This document shows, one piece after another, positions 55,037-64,000 of a DNA stretch of 64,000 nucleotides. The stretch is from assembly GCA_031254195.1 (NCBI GenBank), contig JAIRUW010000013.1:27011-91010 (forward strand), given 5' to 3'. Within the stretch, counting starts at the first letter, position 1. Each line of letters starts with the position of its first letter. The stretch is from Oscillospiraceae bacterium (lineage in GTDB: Bacteria; Bacillota; Clostridia; Oscillospirales; UBA929). A model generated the notes under the pieces. It ran no database searches. It saw only the letters and a program-made list of their open reading frames with translations, and was not told the DNA's origin. The translations under genes and the position numbers were made by a program.

Positions 55037-55371
55037 TGGCAAGAAAACAGAAAATACCTTTTGAAGACGACGGGCGGGTCGTCGCCGACATGAGCGGCAT
55101 CGACGAATACCGCCCCCGTTTCATATTACCGCGCAAGCGGAAAGACCTCGCCTCTTCGTCACGCGGCGGTGAGGCGGACGAGAGCGGCCCCGGCCAGGAC
55201 GGAGTTGAGCCGGACGGCTGCGGCGTCATACCGCCAAAGGAGCCTTTAACGAAAGAGCAGGCGCGGATGGTGACGTTCGCGTCGCTTCGGGCAGGATTGC
55301 TGATAGCGCTGCTGTTTATCGCCGGGGCGGCGCTGTTTATTCTGTTCTGTATTCACGTTTGGTTCCGGTGA
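55036..55371 (+). CDS. Hypothetical protein with C-terminal TM helix
   Basis: EDDGRVVADMS N-terminus; translationally coupled to the upstream gene. Confidence 0.7.
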   Translation: MARKQKIPFEDDGRVVADMSGIDEYRPRFILPRKRKDLASSSRGGEADESGPGQDGVEPDGCGVIPPKEPLTKEQARMVTFASLRAGLLIALLFIAGAALFILFCIHVWFR

Positions 55372-55427
55372 GGAATCCTGAGGCAGCTTCACCCTGCCCC
55401 AGTTATTCCCTCTGTGCCTCCCGGTTG

Positions 55428-56000
55428 CTATACGGTCTCAAATGTAAACGAGCACGGCTCCTCCCCGTTTGTATTGAGCGGGGAGGAATTGATTTCCTTG
55501 AGCTGCAGTTTGACGCCCAGTGCGTTTTGATAATGATGTAGAAAATGCCCCGCACAGCAGCCGCAATAGGTTGACGATACGGTAAACGGCTGTTTCAGTT
55601 TCTTGATCCCGCCGCAGGAGCAGGTTGTTTTACCTGTATGTACGCCATTTTGATGTCCTGAAAATGTTATGGTGAAGGAGCCGTCATCGTTGAGGCGGGG
55701 TTCCATCATATACTCAACGGTATTCATCAGCGCGAGTTTTTCGGCAAGCGGCTTATCTTTGTGCTCTTTGCCGAATGCTTTGGAGTCCTTATCACGTTTT
55801 CCGCCCTTACAGCATCCTTCCCGCTCCATGACGGCGAGACGCTGCTCTTTGGTCAGCAGTTTATCCATCATATCAATGGCCGGAAAGACAACATGAAAAT
55901 TTTTGCCTGTCTGGTTGGCGTCAAGCCCCATCTGCCCGATAATATCAGGAGCAATCTCCAGTTTATACATGGTTTCCTTCATCTTTTTCAAGCTCGGCAT
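55428..56000 (-). CDS. Cys-rich hypothetical protein (DUF6144-like)
   Basis: GCCKGG, CSC, TYCGCCAG, C-terminal PCSFTF; RBS AAGGAG. Confidence 0.7.
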   Translation of the reverse strand: MPSLKKMKETMYKLEIAPDIIGQMGLDANQTGKNFHVVFPAIDMMDKLLTKEQRLAVMEREGCCKGGKRDKDSKAFGKEHKDKPLAEKLALMNTVEYMMEPRLNDDGSFTITFSGHQNGVHTGKTTCSCGGIKKLKQPFTVSSTYCGCCAGHFLHHYQNALGVKLQLKEINSSPLNTNGEEPCSFTFETV

Positions 56001-56077
56001 AGTTTTGGCTCCTTCTTTTTGATTTCGCTTATGAAGTGAAAGAGATTGCGCATCATATTGAACGCAATACCTCCCGG

Positions 56078-56650
56078 TTACTTTACAATCTCAAACACAA
56101 ACACACAGGGGTTTTCTTTGCTCACACCCTGTTTGGGGATCTCAACTGATTTTATCCTGAGCTTTATTCCCAAGGCAGATTGCAAATTCTGCATACGTCC
56201 TCCGGCGCAGCCTTCATAATACAGTGAAAACGGCGCCGTTATCTTCCCTTTGACGGAATGATTATAACACTCGTCACAGGCCCATGTGAATGTTATTGTA
56301 TTATTTTCCTCGTCCAAAACGATATTGCGCGTCTTCCCTTTAAGACCGTTTTCAAACTCCATGATGTATACATCCAGCTTTACCGGCAGCGGCAATTCTG
56401 CGTGCTCGGCGGCAAACGCTTTGCGCGCTTTTTCATGTCCAAACCCGCGGCAGCCGCCGCTTTGCTCCCAGAGCCGAAAGCGCTCTTCTTCGGTGAAATG
56501 CTCACCGATGGCTTCCATAAACATGTTATCGCCCGCGTTGCTGCCACAGCCCGGGACAAAGTATGTGTCGAGTATGTTTTGGAAGATAAGCAGCTTATCC
56601 TCGGGGATTTCGTTTTTCTTCTTTTTCATCATGCCGTAAAAGGTTCTCAT
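56078..56650 (-). CDS. Cys-containing hypothetical protein, distant paralogue of 55428-56000
   Basis: GGCRG, CDEC, GCAGG...ALGIKL, PCVFVFE; RBS AAAGGAGG. Confidence 0.7.
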   Translation of the reverse strand: MRTFYGMMKKKKNEIPEDKLLIFQNILDTYFVPGCGSNAGDNMFMEAIGEHFTEEERFRLWEQSGGCRGFGHEKARKAFAAEHAELPLPVKLDVYIMEFENGLKGKTRNIVLDEENNTITFTWACDECYNHSVKGKITAPFSLYYEGCAGGRMQNLQSALGIKLRIKSVEIPKQGVSKENPCVFVFEIVK

Positions 56651-56664
56651 TGGGGAAGCCTCCT

Positions 56665-57942
56665 TTATGTTAAGTAGACCCGTTTGACCTTCGCGGACTC
56701 GCCTTCTCCCCATGCCGCGAAACCTAATTTAACTCCCTGTGTTTTCACCAAGTCGAAAACCAGCTTCCCATCCGCTTCGGTGATAACATCGTGCCCGTCC
56801 GGGTATGATTCCCAAGGGGTTGGATTTTGCCGCGCAAACATGTAACCTCCTGAAAATGCCCCGTCATATTCCACTACCATTTGCTTTGCCGCCCTTAAAT
56901 ATTTAGGCGAAGGATTCCAACATGTAAACTCGTTGTCATTTAATGGTAATGATAATTCATGAGGAAAATCGATGGATTTGCCGTCTTTGAGCTTGATTGG
57001 AATGTATCTTGTCAGCTGCTCATAACCCAGCCCGGCTTTTATATCCTCGAAATCGTCGCCGCTATAAACCATGCCGCCCATGACGCCGCGTTCGTCGTCA
57101 TACTCGAAGTTGGTGGCGTCAAGCCATTTGAAAATCTTGCCTTCGACTTTCTCTATGCTCTCCCCATCATCATCAATACTCACCGACAGGGCGTATAATC
57201 CGCCCTCGAACTCAATCAGCTCAAACGGCGCTACGTCCGCCGCGGTAACAAAGTCTTTGACCTTCATCACATACTCGACTTTGTCGCCTCTCCTGATCAA
57301 AAAGTCAATGCTGTTGAAGATAATATCCTCAAACAACCGCTGACGGTCGCCCTGCCAGGCCCAGTCCATGAGTACGCCCCATGTGTCCCATGATTGAAGC
57401 CCCGACGTTACCGCTCTGAACTTCGGGATCCTGACGACCATGACGTCCGGGATCTTTTTGTCCAGTTTTTCCGTTATTTCCAACAAGCGGTTCACGTTGG
57501 CCGGATTTCCGTTGTAATCGACATTGACGATCTGCGTTTCGATCTCTTTGGCCTTTTCATACAGCATCTTCACATCCGATTCCTTGGCGAAATCGGCTTG
57601 CTCGATATGCCGGATGAAGTTCAATACGATCTCTTTGAGTTCGTGCAGCAGGGATACTTCCTCGTCAATAGTGTCTACCTTTTTCCCGAGAATCTCCAGC
57701 ACGACTTCCGAACCGGACGTATTAAAAATCCGTTGGATGTCTTTGATGCTGATATTCAGTTTTCTCAGAATCAGGATTTGCTCAAGACGCTGTATGGTGG
57801 GTTCGTCGTACAGCCTGTGGGCGTAATCATCGCTCCGGGTGCTGCTGATCAGCCCCATGTCTTCGTAATAGCGCAGCGTCCGCGCCGATATGTCATACTT
57901 GCTCGATACATCCCTGATTTTGACTAGGTTGCTCATAACCAT
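56665..57942 (-). CDS. MerR-family regulator with GyrI-like domain and extra ~100-aa C-terminal domain
   Basis: ISARTLRYYEDMGLI...HRLY; FEGGLYA...YIPIK; further C-terminal segment. Confidence 0.88.
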   Translation of the reverse strand: MVMSNLVKIRDVSSKYDISARTLRYYEDMGLISSTRSDDYAHRLYDEPTIQRLEQILILRKLNISIKDIQRIFNTSGSEVVLEILGKKVDTIDEEVSLLHELKEIVLNFIRHIEQADFAKESDVKMLYEKAKEIETQIVNVDYNGNPANVNRLLEITEKLDKKIPDVMVVRIPKFRAVTSGLQSWDTWGVLMDWAWQGDRQRLFEDIIFNSIDFLIRRGDKVEYVMKVKDFVTAADVAPFELIEFEGGLYALSVSIDDDGESIEKVEGKIFKWLDATNFEYDDERGVMGGMVYSGDDFEDIKAGLGYEQLTRYIPIKLKDGKSIDFPHELSLPLNDNEFTCWNPSPKYLRAAKQMVVEYDGAFSGGYMFARQNPTPWESYPDGHDVITEADGKLVFDLVKTQGVKLGFAAWGEGESAKVKRVYLT

Positions 57943-57972
57943 TCTCTCCTCCGTTTTTTTAGGTTTAAGTAT

Positions 57973-58003
57973 AGTATAAATCCTTCCCCAACGGCAGAAT
58001 CAA
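57973..58003 (-). promoter_or_regulatory. MerR-type long-spacer promoter
   Basis: TTGATT-N19-TATACT with imperfect dyad CTgCC-N5-GGaAG in the spacer. Confidence 0.65.
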
Positions 58004-58098
58004 GGGGTATTGCAAAATTTTTTACAAAAATGTAAAAAGATTTTTTCTTCCATGAAGCCCCATGCGTTCGCTAAGGGTTTCTGCTATGACAAACAGGG

Positions 58099-58869
58099 TC
58101 ATCGCCTGCTTCCGAAGAGATATTGCTTTTTGACTTTTCCGTGGAAGACCGCGGTTATTGCCTTCTGAGGGCATTTGTTAATGCACCGGTAGCAGAGTGT
58201 GCAATTATGCCTATGCTCGATTTTACCGCTATCGCTGTTTAAGTTGCCCATAGGGCAGACAGCGGCGCATATACCGCAATTTGTACAGCCGTTTTTGATC
58301 CTGATTGCGTTAGGAGCGGCCGCTTTTCTTTCTGTTCCCGGTAAAAGTGCGGCCTGTATCAACCCTAACGCCCGCGATATAGGGTTAAAGCCGCGCTTTT
58401 TCACCTTTCCGGCCTTTATGTCGCGGCATACGGTCAGCATTTTGCGGTCCGCTCTGGCGGTAATCTTCAGGACTTTCTTATCGCTTATCAGTGCGTCGGG
58501 CAGAAACCAGTAATTGGTCACATTGTTGGGCATGAAGAAATGCTCCGCGTATAAGACCTCCGCGTGTCCGGGCGGGAACATATCCATAAACGACCTTGCG
58601 GCATCGCCGGAGAGTATGAGCTGCGTGCAAAAGAGTATCAGCTTCTTACCTTTCAGCGCTTCCATATGCTTAATGGCAAACTCCCGCATGATTCGCGGCG
58701 GTCTTGAAAAAAACACAGGATAGCAAAATCCGATGGTCTCTTCGCCCGTTATCATTGCGTCAAAGTCAAGATTTTCCTCGATGGAATAGCACTCAGCGTC
58801 CATGTGGCGGCAAAACTGTCCGGCTATGTACTTTGAATTGCCTGTGCCGGAAAAATAGAGCATAATCAT
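58099..58869 (-). CDS. Flavodoxin-like plus 2x[4Fe-4S] ferredoxin protein (EFR1-type)
   Basis: YFSGTGNS; CTNCGICAAVCP and CTLCYRCINKCP. Confidence 0.9.
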   Translation of the reverse strand: MIMLYFSGTGNSKYIAGQFCRHMDAECYSIEENLDFDAMITGEETIGFCYPVFFSRPPRIMREFAIKHMEALKGKKLILFCTQLILSGDAARSFMDMFPPGHAEVLYAEHFFMPNNVTNYWFLPDALISDKKVLKITARADRKMLTVCRDIKAGKVKKRGFNPISRALGLIQAALLPGTERKAAAPNAIRIKNGCTNCGICAAVCPMGNLNSDSGKIEHRHNCTLCYRCINKCPQKAITAVFHGKVKKQYLFGSRR

Positions 58870-58871
58870 GT

Positions 58872-58964
58872 TTACGCACCTCCGAAAATGTAGGAAATGA
58901 GGCTGTCGGTGATGATGTCCACAGTTTCGGGCAAGTCGTCCGCTTCCGTTAATGCTCTTGGCAC
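58872..58964 (-). pseudogene. 30-aa ORF MPRALTEADDLPETVDIITDSLISYIFGGA, probable internally deleted TetR-family gene
   Basis: TetR-like first residues joined to a helical C-terminus; stop is 2 nt from the next ATG; upstream operator palindrome. Confidence 0.5.
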
Positions 58965-58976
58965 ACTATCACATCC

Positions 58977-59033
58977 TATTATGACTATCATATCCTATAT
59001 GGTCATAATAAAGGATGCCAATTGATTTGTCAA
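58977..59033 (-). promoter_or_regulatory. Promoter overlapped by palindromic operator
   Basis: TTGACA-N17-TATTAT; TATTATGAC-N16-GTCATAATA. Confidence 0.7.
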
Positions 59034-59171
59034 TAGCCAATATGAGGAACCAACAAGCTGTATTAGTAGAAAAAGATATTATATTTTGCATATTTATGTT
59101 GCTTTTGCAATTAGTCTGTAATATAATGAAGGGGGCATGTTCAAATTGGAAGGAAGGGAAGACCAACTTTT

Positions 59172-60962
59172 ATGAAGAATATGAAGGTAGCGTCAAAACT
59201 GATAGTCAGCTTTCTGATTGTGATCGCTTTAAGCATTATCATTGGGGTTGTCGGAATAATCGGGATGTCAACGATGAACCAAGCGGGATCTGACATGTAC
59301 GATTTCAATGTGGGCAGCATTATGGCTCTGGGGAATCTGCGCGAGAACCTTGCGCTTCAGCGCAACGATTTGCGTGACATTTTCCTCTCCCAGGACGATC
59401 CGAATAGAGTCAGTCAAATGATAGCCGAGGTAAAACGATTAGGCCAAGATGCGGAGGCCAACTTCACCCTGTATGAAACGACGATTTTTGACATGTCGGA
59501 AGAGGACGACTACTTTAAGGCGAAGGACACTTGGTTTGGGTCCTTTGTCGAGATGAAAAATAATGTCTACGCCTTGATTGACCAAGGGAATTTCGACGAA
59601 GCATACTCGACTTTTAGGGCTGTGATCAATGACATCTCCGTTATCACAGAAGGGCTCAACTCGGCGGCAGCTAGGAATGAAGCCGCGGCGGCGACAAGCA
59701 ATACGGGCATGGACAGCACATACCGGATGCTGTCTATACTCATGATTTCCGTCATCGTTTTGGCCGCGGCTATCGCGCTGGGCTTGGCATTCTACATCTC
59801 CGGCCTGATCTCCAAGCCGCTGGGCCTGTTGACTACCTTTATGAAGAGAGCCGGCGGGACCGGCGACATTACATTGGGTGCCGAGGATGAGCGTACTATT
59901 GGGCAATACGGGCAGATGAAAGACGAAATCGGTCAGTGCATCGGAGCCACCGGCGCCTTTATCGGTCACGTTATCGGCGTCAGCAAGCTGCTGGAGCATA
60001 TCGCCGACGGAGACCTGAGAGACGAAGTCAAGCTGCTGTCCGCCACCGATACACTGGGTATCTCTCTTAATAAGACGCTGCAAAACCTCAACGGAATGTT
60101 CGGCGAGATCAACAACAGCACAGCGCAAGTCTCTTCCGGCTCCAAGCAAATCGCCGACGGCGCGCAAACGCTCGCCCAGGGTTCGACCGAGCAGGCCGCC
60201 GCCGTGGAGCAGCTTTCCGCTTCCATTACAGAGATAGCGCAAAAGACCAAAGATAACGCGGATATGGCCGGACGTACCGCCGAACTCGCAACATCCATTA
60301 AGCAAAGCGCGGAAAAAGGCAGCCGTCAAATGGATGAAATGCTGGCAGCCGTCAAGGAAATCAATGAAGCCGGCAAGAATATAAGCAGGGTCATCAAGGT
60401 CATCGACGACATCGCTTTCCAAACCAACATCCTTGCTCTCAACGCCGCGGTAGAAGCGGCGCGGGCCGGGCAGCACGGCAAAGGGTTCGCCGTCGTCGCG
60501 GAGGAAGTGCGAAGCCTTGCCGCCAAGAGCGCGGACGCGGCAAAGGAAACCGGAACACTGATTGCCAACTCTACCGAAAAAGCGGAACTAGGTTCACGCA
60601 TAGCAAGTGAAACCGCCATCAGTCTTTCGGAAATTGTGTCCGGCATTAACGAGAGCAATCAGTTCATTCATGAAATCGCGCAATCGTCCGAGCAGCAGTC
60701 CGCCGGAATTACGCAGATCAACACAGGCGTAGACCAAGTGGCACAAGTTATCCAGCAGAACAGCGCGACCGCGGAGGAAAGCGCTGCCGCGTCGGAGGAA
60801 ATGAGCGGACAGGCCAATATGCTGGAGGATTTGATTGCGCAGTTCAAGCTGAAAGACGGGGGCGGTACGCGCCGGAGCTTATCTTCACCGTCTCCGCGCA
60901 AACAGATTGCCATGCCCGAGAAAGCGGAGTTGCCTAACAGCGGGGAGTACGGGAAGTATTAG
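59172..60962 (+). CDS. Methyl-accepting chemotaxis protein (four-helix-bundle sensor)
   Basis: Two TMs, [24 protein letters not shown]. Confidence 0.95.
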   Translation: MKNMKVASKLIVSFLIVIALSIIIGVVGIIGMSTMNQAGSDMYDFNVGSIMALGNLRENLALQRNDLRDIFLSQDDPNRVSQMIAEVKRLGQDAEANFTLYETTIFDMSEEDDYFKAKDTWFGSFVEMKNNVYALIDQGNFDEAYSTFRAVINDISVITEGLNSAAARNEAAAATSNTGMDSTYRMLSILMISVIVLAAAIALGLAFYISGLISKPLGLLTTFMKRAGGTGDITLGAEDERTIGQYGQMKDEIGQCIGATGAFIGHVIGVSKLLEHIADGDLRDEVKLLSATDTLGISLNKTLQNLNGMFGEINNSTAQVSSGSKQIADGAQTLAQGSTEQAAAVEQLSASITEIAQKTKDNADMAGRTAELATSIKQSAEKGSRQMDEMLAAVKEINEAGKNISRVIKVIDDIAFQTNILALNAAVEAARAGQHGKGFAVVAEEVRSLAAKSADAAKETGTLIANSTEKAELGSRIASETAISLSEIVSGINESNQFIHEIAQSSEQQSAGITQINTGVDQVAQVIQQNSATAEESAAASEEMSGQANMLEDLIAQFKLKDGGGTRRSLSSPSPRKQIAMPEKAELPNSGEYGKY

Positions 60963-61015
60963 CGGCTCTTAGAAGATATTGAACGGAACCTTGACGCGGC
61001 GCAATAAACGATTCT

Positions 61016-61045
61016 ACCGCCTGTCTGAAAATGACAGGCGGTTAT
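61016..61045 (+). terminator. Terminator after MCP 1
   Basis: ACCGCCTGTC-tgaaaat-GACAGGCGGT-TATT. Confidence 0.7.
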
Positions 61046-61186
61046 TGCTGCCTGTGTTTCTCGGGAAGCCATATAATCGTATGAGCTAAGAGAATATTAG
61101 CAATAAAAAGAAAAAGAAAGAAAAATAACTACATTATTGCATTATCAAGAAATATATGCTACAATAAGGTATATTTTGCCGTACGA

Positions 61187-63319
61187 ATGAAAGGAGAGAT
61201 TCTACAAATGAACATTAAGCAAAGGCTGGCAACCGTCTCGGTAGGATTGATTGTCGTTTGCGTTCTGCTTCAAATGCTCGTATTCCTTTTTGCCAATGAC
61301 GGTATCTCAAAGCAGACGGTCGATTTGAACAACGAACTGTATAAACGGGGCAATATCCGCTCTGATAATGAAATCGGAGCGCTGGGGCAGTCGCTTATTG
61401 TTTTTTTAACGGAGGAAGAGGATCGGATCGACGATTCCATGTATCACGCGGCGTTGGTATTGCAAAAATTGGACACATTAGGCGACATCACCCTCCGCGA
61501 CATGGAAACTCTGCTCCGCGAACTGCGCGTCGATGACCTATACCTTACCGACATGGATGGATATTTCACGGTATCCACAGTTCCGGGCGCCGTGGGCGGC
61601 ATCGGACTGTTTGAGATTTGGGAAGGATACAGAATGCTTGTCACGGGAGAAGCCACAGAGCTTCCGTCGGCTATCAAAATCATGGTGGAAACCGGAGAGA
61701 TATATAAATTCACAGCGGTTCCGCGATATGACGAGAACGGAAATATCAAAGGAATCGTGGAATCTGCTTTGGAAGTCAGCGCGATTGAGAAAAGCATGGG
61801 CGCGATGATTGCCGGATACGACATGATTTACAGTATGCACCTCTTTGAGCCGGACGGTTTGACGCTGATGTCTGTGGAGAAGCCATCCGCCAAAGCGTCT
61901 TTTATCAAGGGCGCCATTGCCCAAATCCCTAATATAACAAGCACTTTGACCGAGAATGACGATGACGGGACGATTACATATTATACAACGGTAAATCGTT
62001 TCGGCGGCCCGGCCTATATCATGCGGCTCGAACTGGACGCGGCGTACTTTGCTGAGGATTCGCTTTATGTGAGCGGCGCGCTCGAAGGGCTTAAACAAGG
62101 CTCATCCAACAACCTGCTGCTGGTTGTAGGTGTTGGCTTAGTGAGTATGGTTATCATCATGGTCGCTTATCTGTTCCTTGTCCACCGGTCCATATTGCGG
62201 CCGATTATCCATTTGCAAGCAATCATCAACCGTGTATCACACGGAGATGTATCCCCGGTTGACGCGATCAATCGCAAAGACGAGTTTGGGCGGCTTGAAA
62301 GAGAAGTCGCAGATATGGTCAACGCGATAAACAACCAGGCAAACACGCTGGGTCAAATCGCAGACGGGGATTATACCGCCACTGTTACCGTCCGTTCGGA
62401 TAAGGATGCTATGAATATAGCGTTTGAAAAGATGCTCGGCAATCTCAACCATACTTTTAATGAGATAAACGCATCGACAGCGCAAGTCTCTTCCGGCTCA
62501 AAGCAGCTTGCGGACGGGTCACAGATACTCGCGCAAGGTTCAACCCAGCAAGCCGCCGCTGTGGAGGAGCTGTCATCCTCGATTACCGAGATAGCGCAAA
62601 AAACAAAAGCAAACGCGGAAACGGCCGGGCGAACTGCCGCCCTTGCGAGCGCGATTAAGCAAAGCGCGGAAAAAGGCAGCCGCCAGATGGATGAGATGCT
62701 GACGGCCGTCAAGGAAATCAATGAAGCCGGTCAAAGCATTAACAAGGTTATCAAGGTCATAGACGATATAGCCTTCCAGACCAACATCCTCGCCCTCAAC
62801 GCCGCCGTGGAAGCGGCGCGGGCCGGACAGCACGGCAAAGGGTTTGCCGTGGTTGCCGAGGAGGTTCGCAATCTCGCCAGCAAGAGTGCTGACGCGGCAA
62901 AAGAGACGGGCAATCTGATTGCCAACTCGACAGAGAAAGCGCAACTAGGTTCGCGTATTGCGAGTGAAACCGCCGCCAGTCTTGCGGAAATCGTGACCGG
63001 CATTAACGAGAGCAATCAGTTCATCAATGAAATTGCGCAATCCTCCGAGCAGCAGTCGGCAGGCATCGCGCACATCAACGCAGGCATAGGCCAAGTGGCG
63101 CAAGTTATCCAGCAGAACAGCGCGACCGCGGAGGAAAGCGCCGCGGCGTCGGAGGAAATGAGCGGGCAGGCCAACATGCTGGAGGATTTGATTGCGCAAT
63201 TTAAGCTGAAAGACGGGGGCGGTACGCGCCGGAGTTTATCTTCACCGTCTCCCCGCAAACAGATTGCCATGCCCGAAAAAGCGGAGTTGCCTGACGGCGA
63301 AGAAAATGGGAAGTATTAG
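61187..63319 (+). CDS. Methyl-accepting chemotaxis protein (larger, Cache-like sensor)
   Basis: Two TMs, [24 protein letters not shown]; promoter TTGCAT-N17-TACAAT at 61137-61165. Confidence 0.93.
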   Translation: MKGEILQMNIKQRLATVSVGLIVVCVLLQMLVFLFANDGISKQTVDLNNELYKRGNIRSDNEIGALGQSLIVFLTEEEDRIDDSMYHAALVLQKLDTLGDITLRDMETLLRELRVDDLYLTDMDGYFTVSTVPGAVGGIGLFEIWEGYRMLVTGEATELPSAIKIMVETGEIYKFTAVPRYDENGNIKGIVESALEVSAIEKSMGAMIAGYDMIYSMHLFEPDGLTLMSVEKPSAKASFIKGAIAQIPNITSTLTENDDDGTITYYTTVNRFGGPAYIMRLELDAAYFAEDSLYVSGALEGLKQGSSNNLLLVVGVGLVSMVIIMVAYLFLVHRSILRPIIHLQAIINRVSHGDVSPVDAINRKDEFGRLEREVADMVNAINNQANTLGQIADGDYTATVTVRSDKDAMNIAFEKMLGNLNHTFNEINASTAQVSSGSKQLADGSQILAQGSTQQAAAVEELSSSITEIAQKTKANAETAGRTAALASAIKQSAEKGSRQMDEMLTAVKEINEAGQSINKVIKVIDDIAFQTNILALNAAVEAARAGQHGKGFAVVAEEVRNLASKSADAAKETGNLIANSTEKAQLGSRIASETAASLAEIVTGINESNQFINEIAQSSEQQSAGIAHINAGIGQVAQVIQQNSATAEESAAASEEMSGQANMLEDLIAQFKLKDGGGTRRSLSSPSPRKQIAMPEKAELPDGEENGKY

Positions 63320-63368
63320 CGGTTCTTAGAAGGCCGAGCGGGACCTTGACGCAGTGTGACACGATTCT

Positions 63369-63400
63369 GCCGCCTGTCTGAAATATGACAGGCGGTTTTG
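63369..63400 (+). terminator. Terminator after MCP 2
   Basis: GCCGCCTGTC-tgaaatat-GACAGGCGGT-TTT. Confidence 0.75.
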
Positions 63401-63490
63401 CGTTTCCGGGACTTTTCTGACGCTTGACGCAGTGAACACCTGAAGCCCTCCCGGCATACGCTGACGTATAATCATTGCGGAGGTGGCTAA

Positions 63491-64000
63491 ATGTTAAACC
63501 AGCGGATGTATGTAACGCTATCCTTGGAGCTGCACCTTTTTTTCGCCAGAATCATGAAGGAGCATTCTTTCTTTCTGGAAGCGGGGTTTACGCCTAAGAA
63601 CGAGGATTTAGCGAAAGAAGCGGATGACTTCAAGAAAAAGTTTGAGGGCTTGCTGTCCAATGTTGTGAGCATCAGCAACGGCATGATCCGGCCCGCGGTG
63701 CTGTCGTCCGGCGAAATCGTTACCGACTATACCTTGGGCGCCGAGCAAAAATCTCATCATTTTACCGGGATTCCGCTGAATCACCAGATCACTATCATGG
63801 AATCGCAGCTGCACAGCGGGCGCGACGGGGCTGTTTCGCCGGAACTGGAAAGCCAGGTCAGGCGGCTCAACCGTGAGGCCATTATGCTGCTGGACGGTCT
63901 GATCGCGTTCAAGCAGAAAGTGCTGAATGCCGTGCTGTCATGCAACATTTTCACTGTGAACTACCCGCTGCTCCTTGAGCATATCCTGCGGGAAGCGAAG
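63491..64000 (+). CDS. DUF2935-domain protein, 3'-truncated by window edge
   Basis: Hand translation MLNQRMYVTLSLELHLFFARIMKEHSFFLEAGF...NYPLLLEHILREA; RBS GGAGGTG. Confidence 0.8.
   Translation, partial: MLNQRMYVTLSLELHLFFARIMKEHSFFLEAGFTPKNEDLAKEADDFKKKFEGLLSNVVSISNGMIRPAVLSSGEIVTDYTLGAEQKSHHFTGIPLNHQITIMESQLHSGRDGAVSPELESQVRRLNREAIMLLDGLIAFKQKVLNAVLSCNIFTVNYPLLLEHILREAK

Overview
Chromosomal window from a fairly GC-rich, motile, probably spore-forming Clostridia-class bacterium (Oscillospiraceae-like; taxonomy is inferred from gene style). Housekeeping blocks are an ArgR-controlled argG-H-C-J-B-D-F operon, a cheR-cheB-cheD-SLT-flgBC-fliEFGHIJ-ylxF cluster running into nadE, a stand-alone rpoB-rpoC pair, ldh-plsY-trmL and an oppABCDF operon. 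Accessory genes include a GH10 xylanase, two SLH surface proteins, an LRR lipoprotein, AraC/MerR/XRE/LytTR regulators and two paralogous chemoreceptors. The strongest unexplained signal is a family of three ~330-bp modules missed by the ORF track. Each has a 27-aa hydrophobic peptide (MGKKLLR...AP[T/K]A[Y/M]) with a hairpin-sequestered RBS, opposed by a ~90-nt antisense RNA with its own sigma-A promoter, which is a type I toxin-antitoxin-like architecture. Two copies are intact and bracket an AraC cassette. The third has lost the toxin 5' half but keeps an antisense-RNA unit whose 29-bp promoter is identical to that of copy 2. The second signal is a structured leader with convergent promoters and an internal terminator upstream of an SLH gene. 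No rRNA, tRNA, CRISPR array, transposase or integrase was seen. All functional calls are by eye, without database searches.
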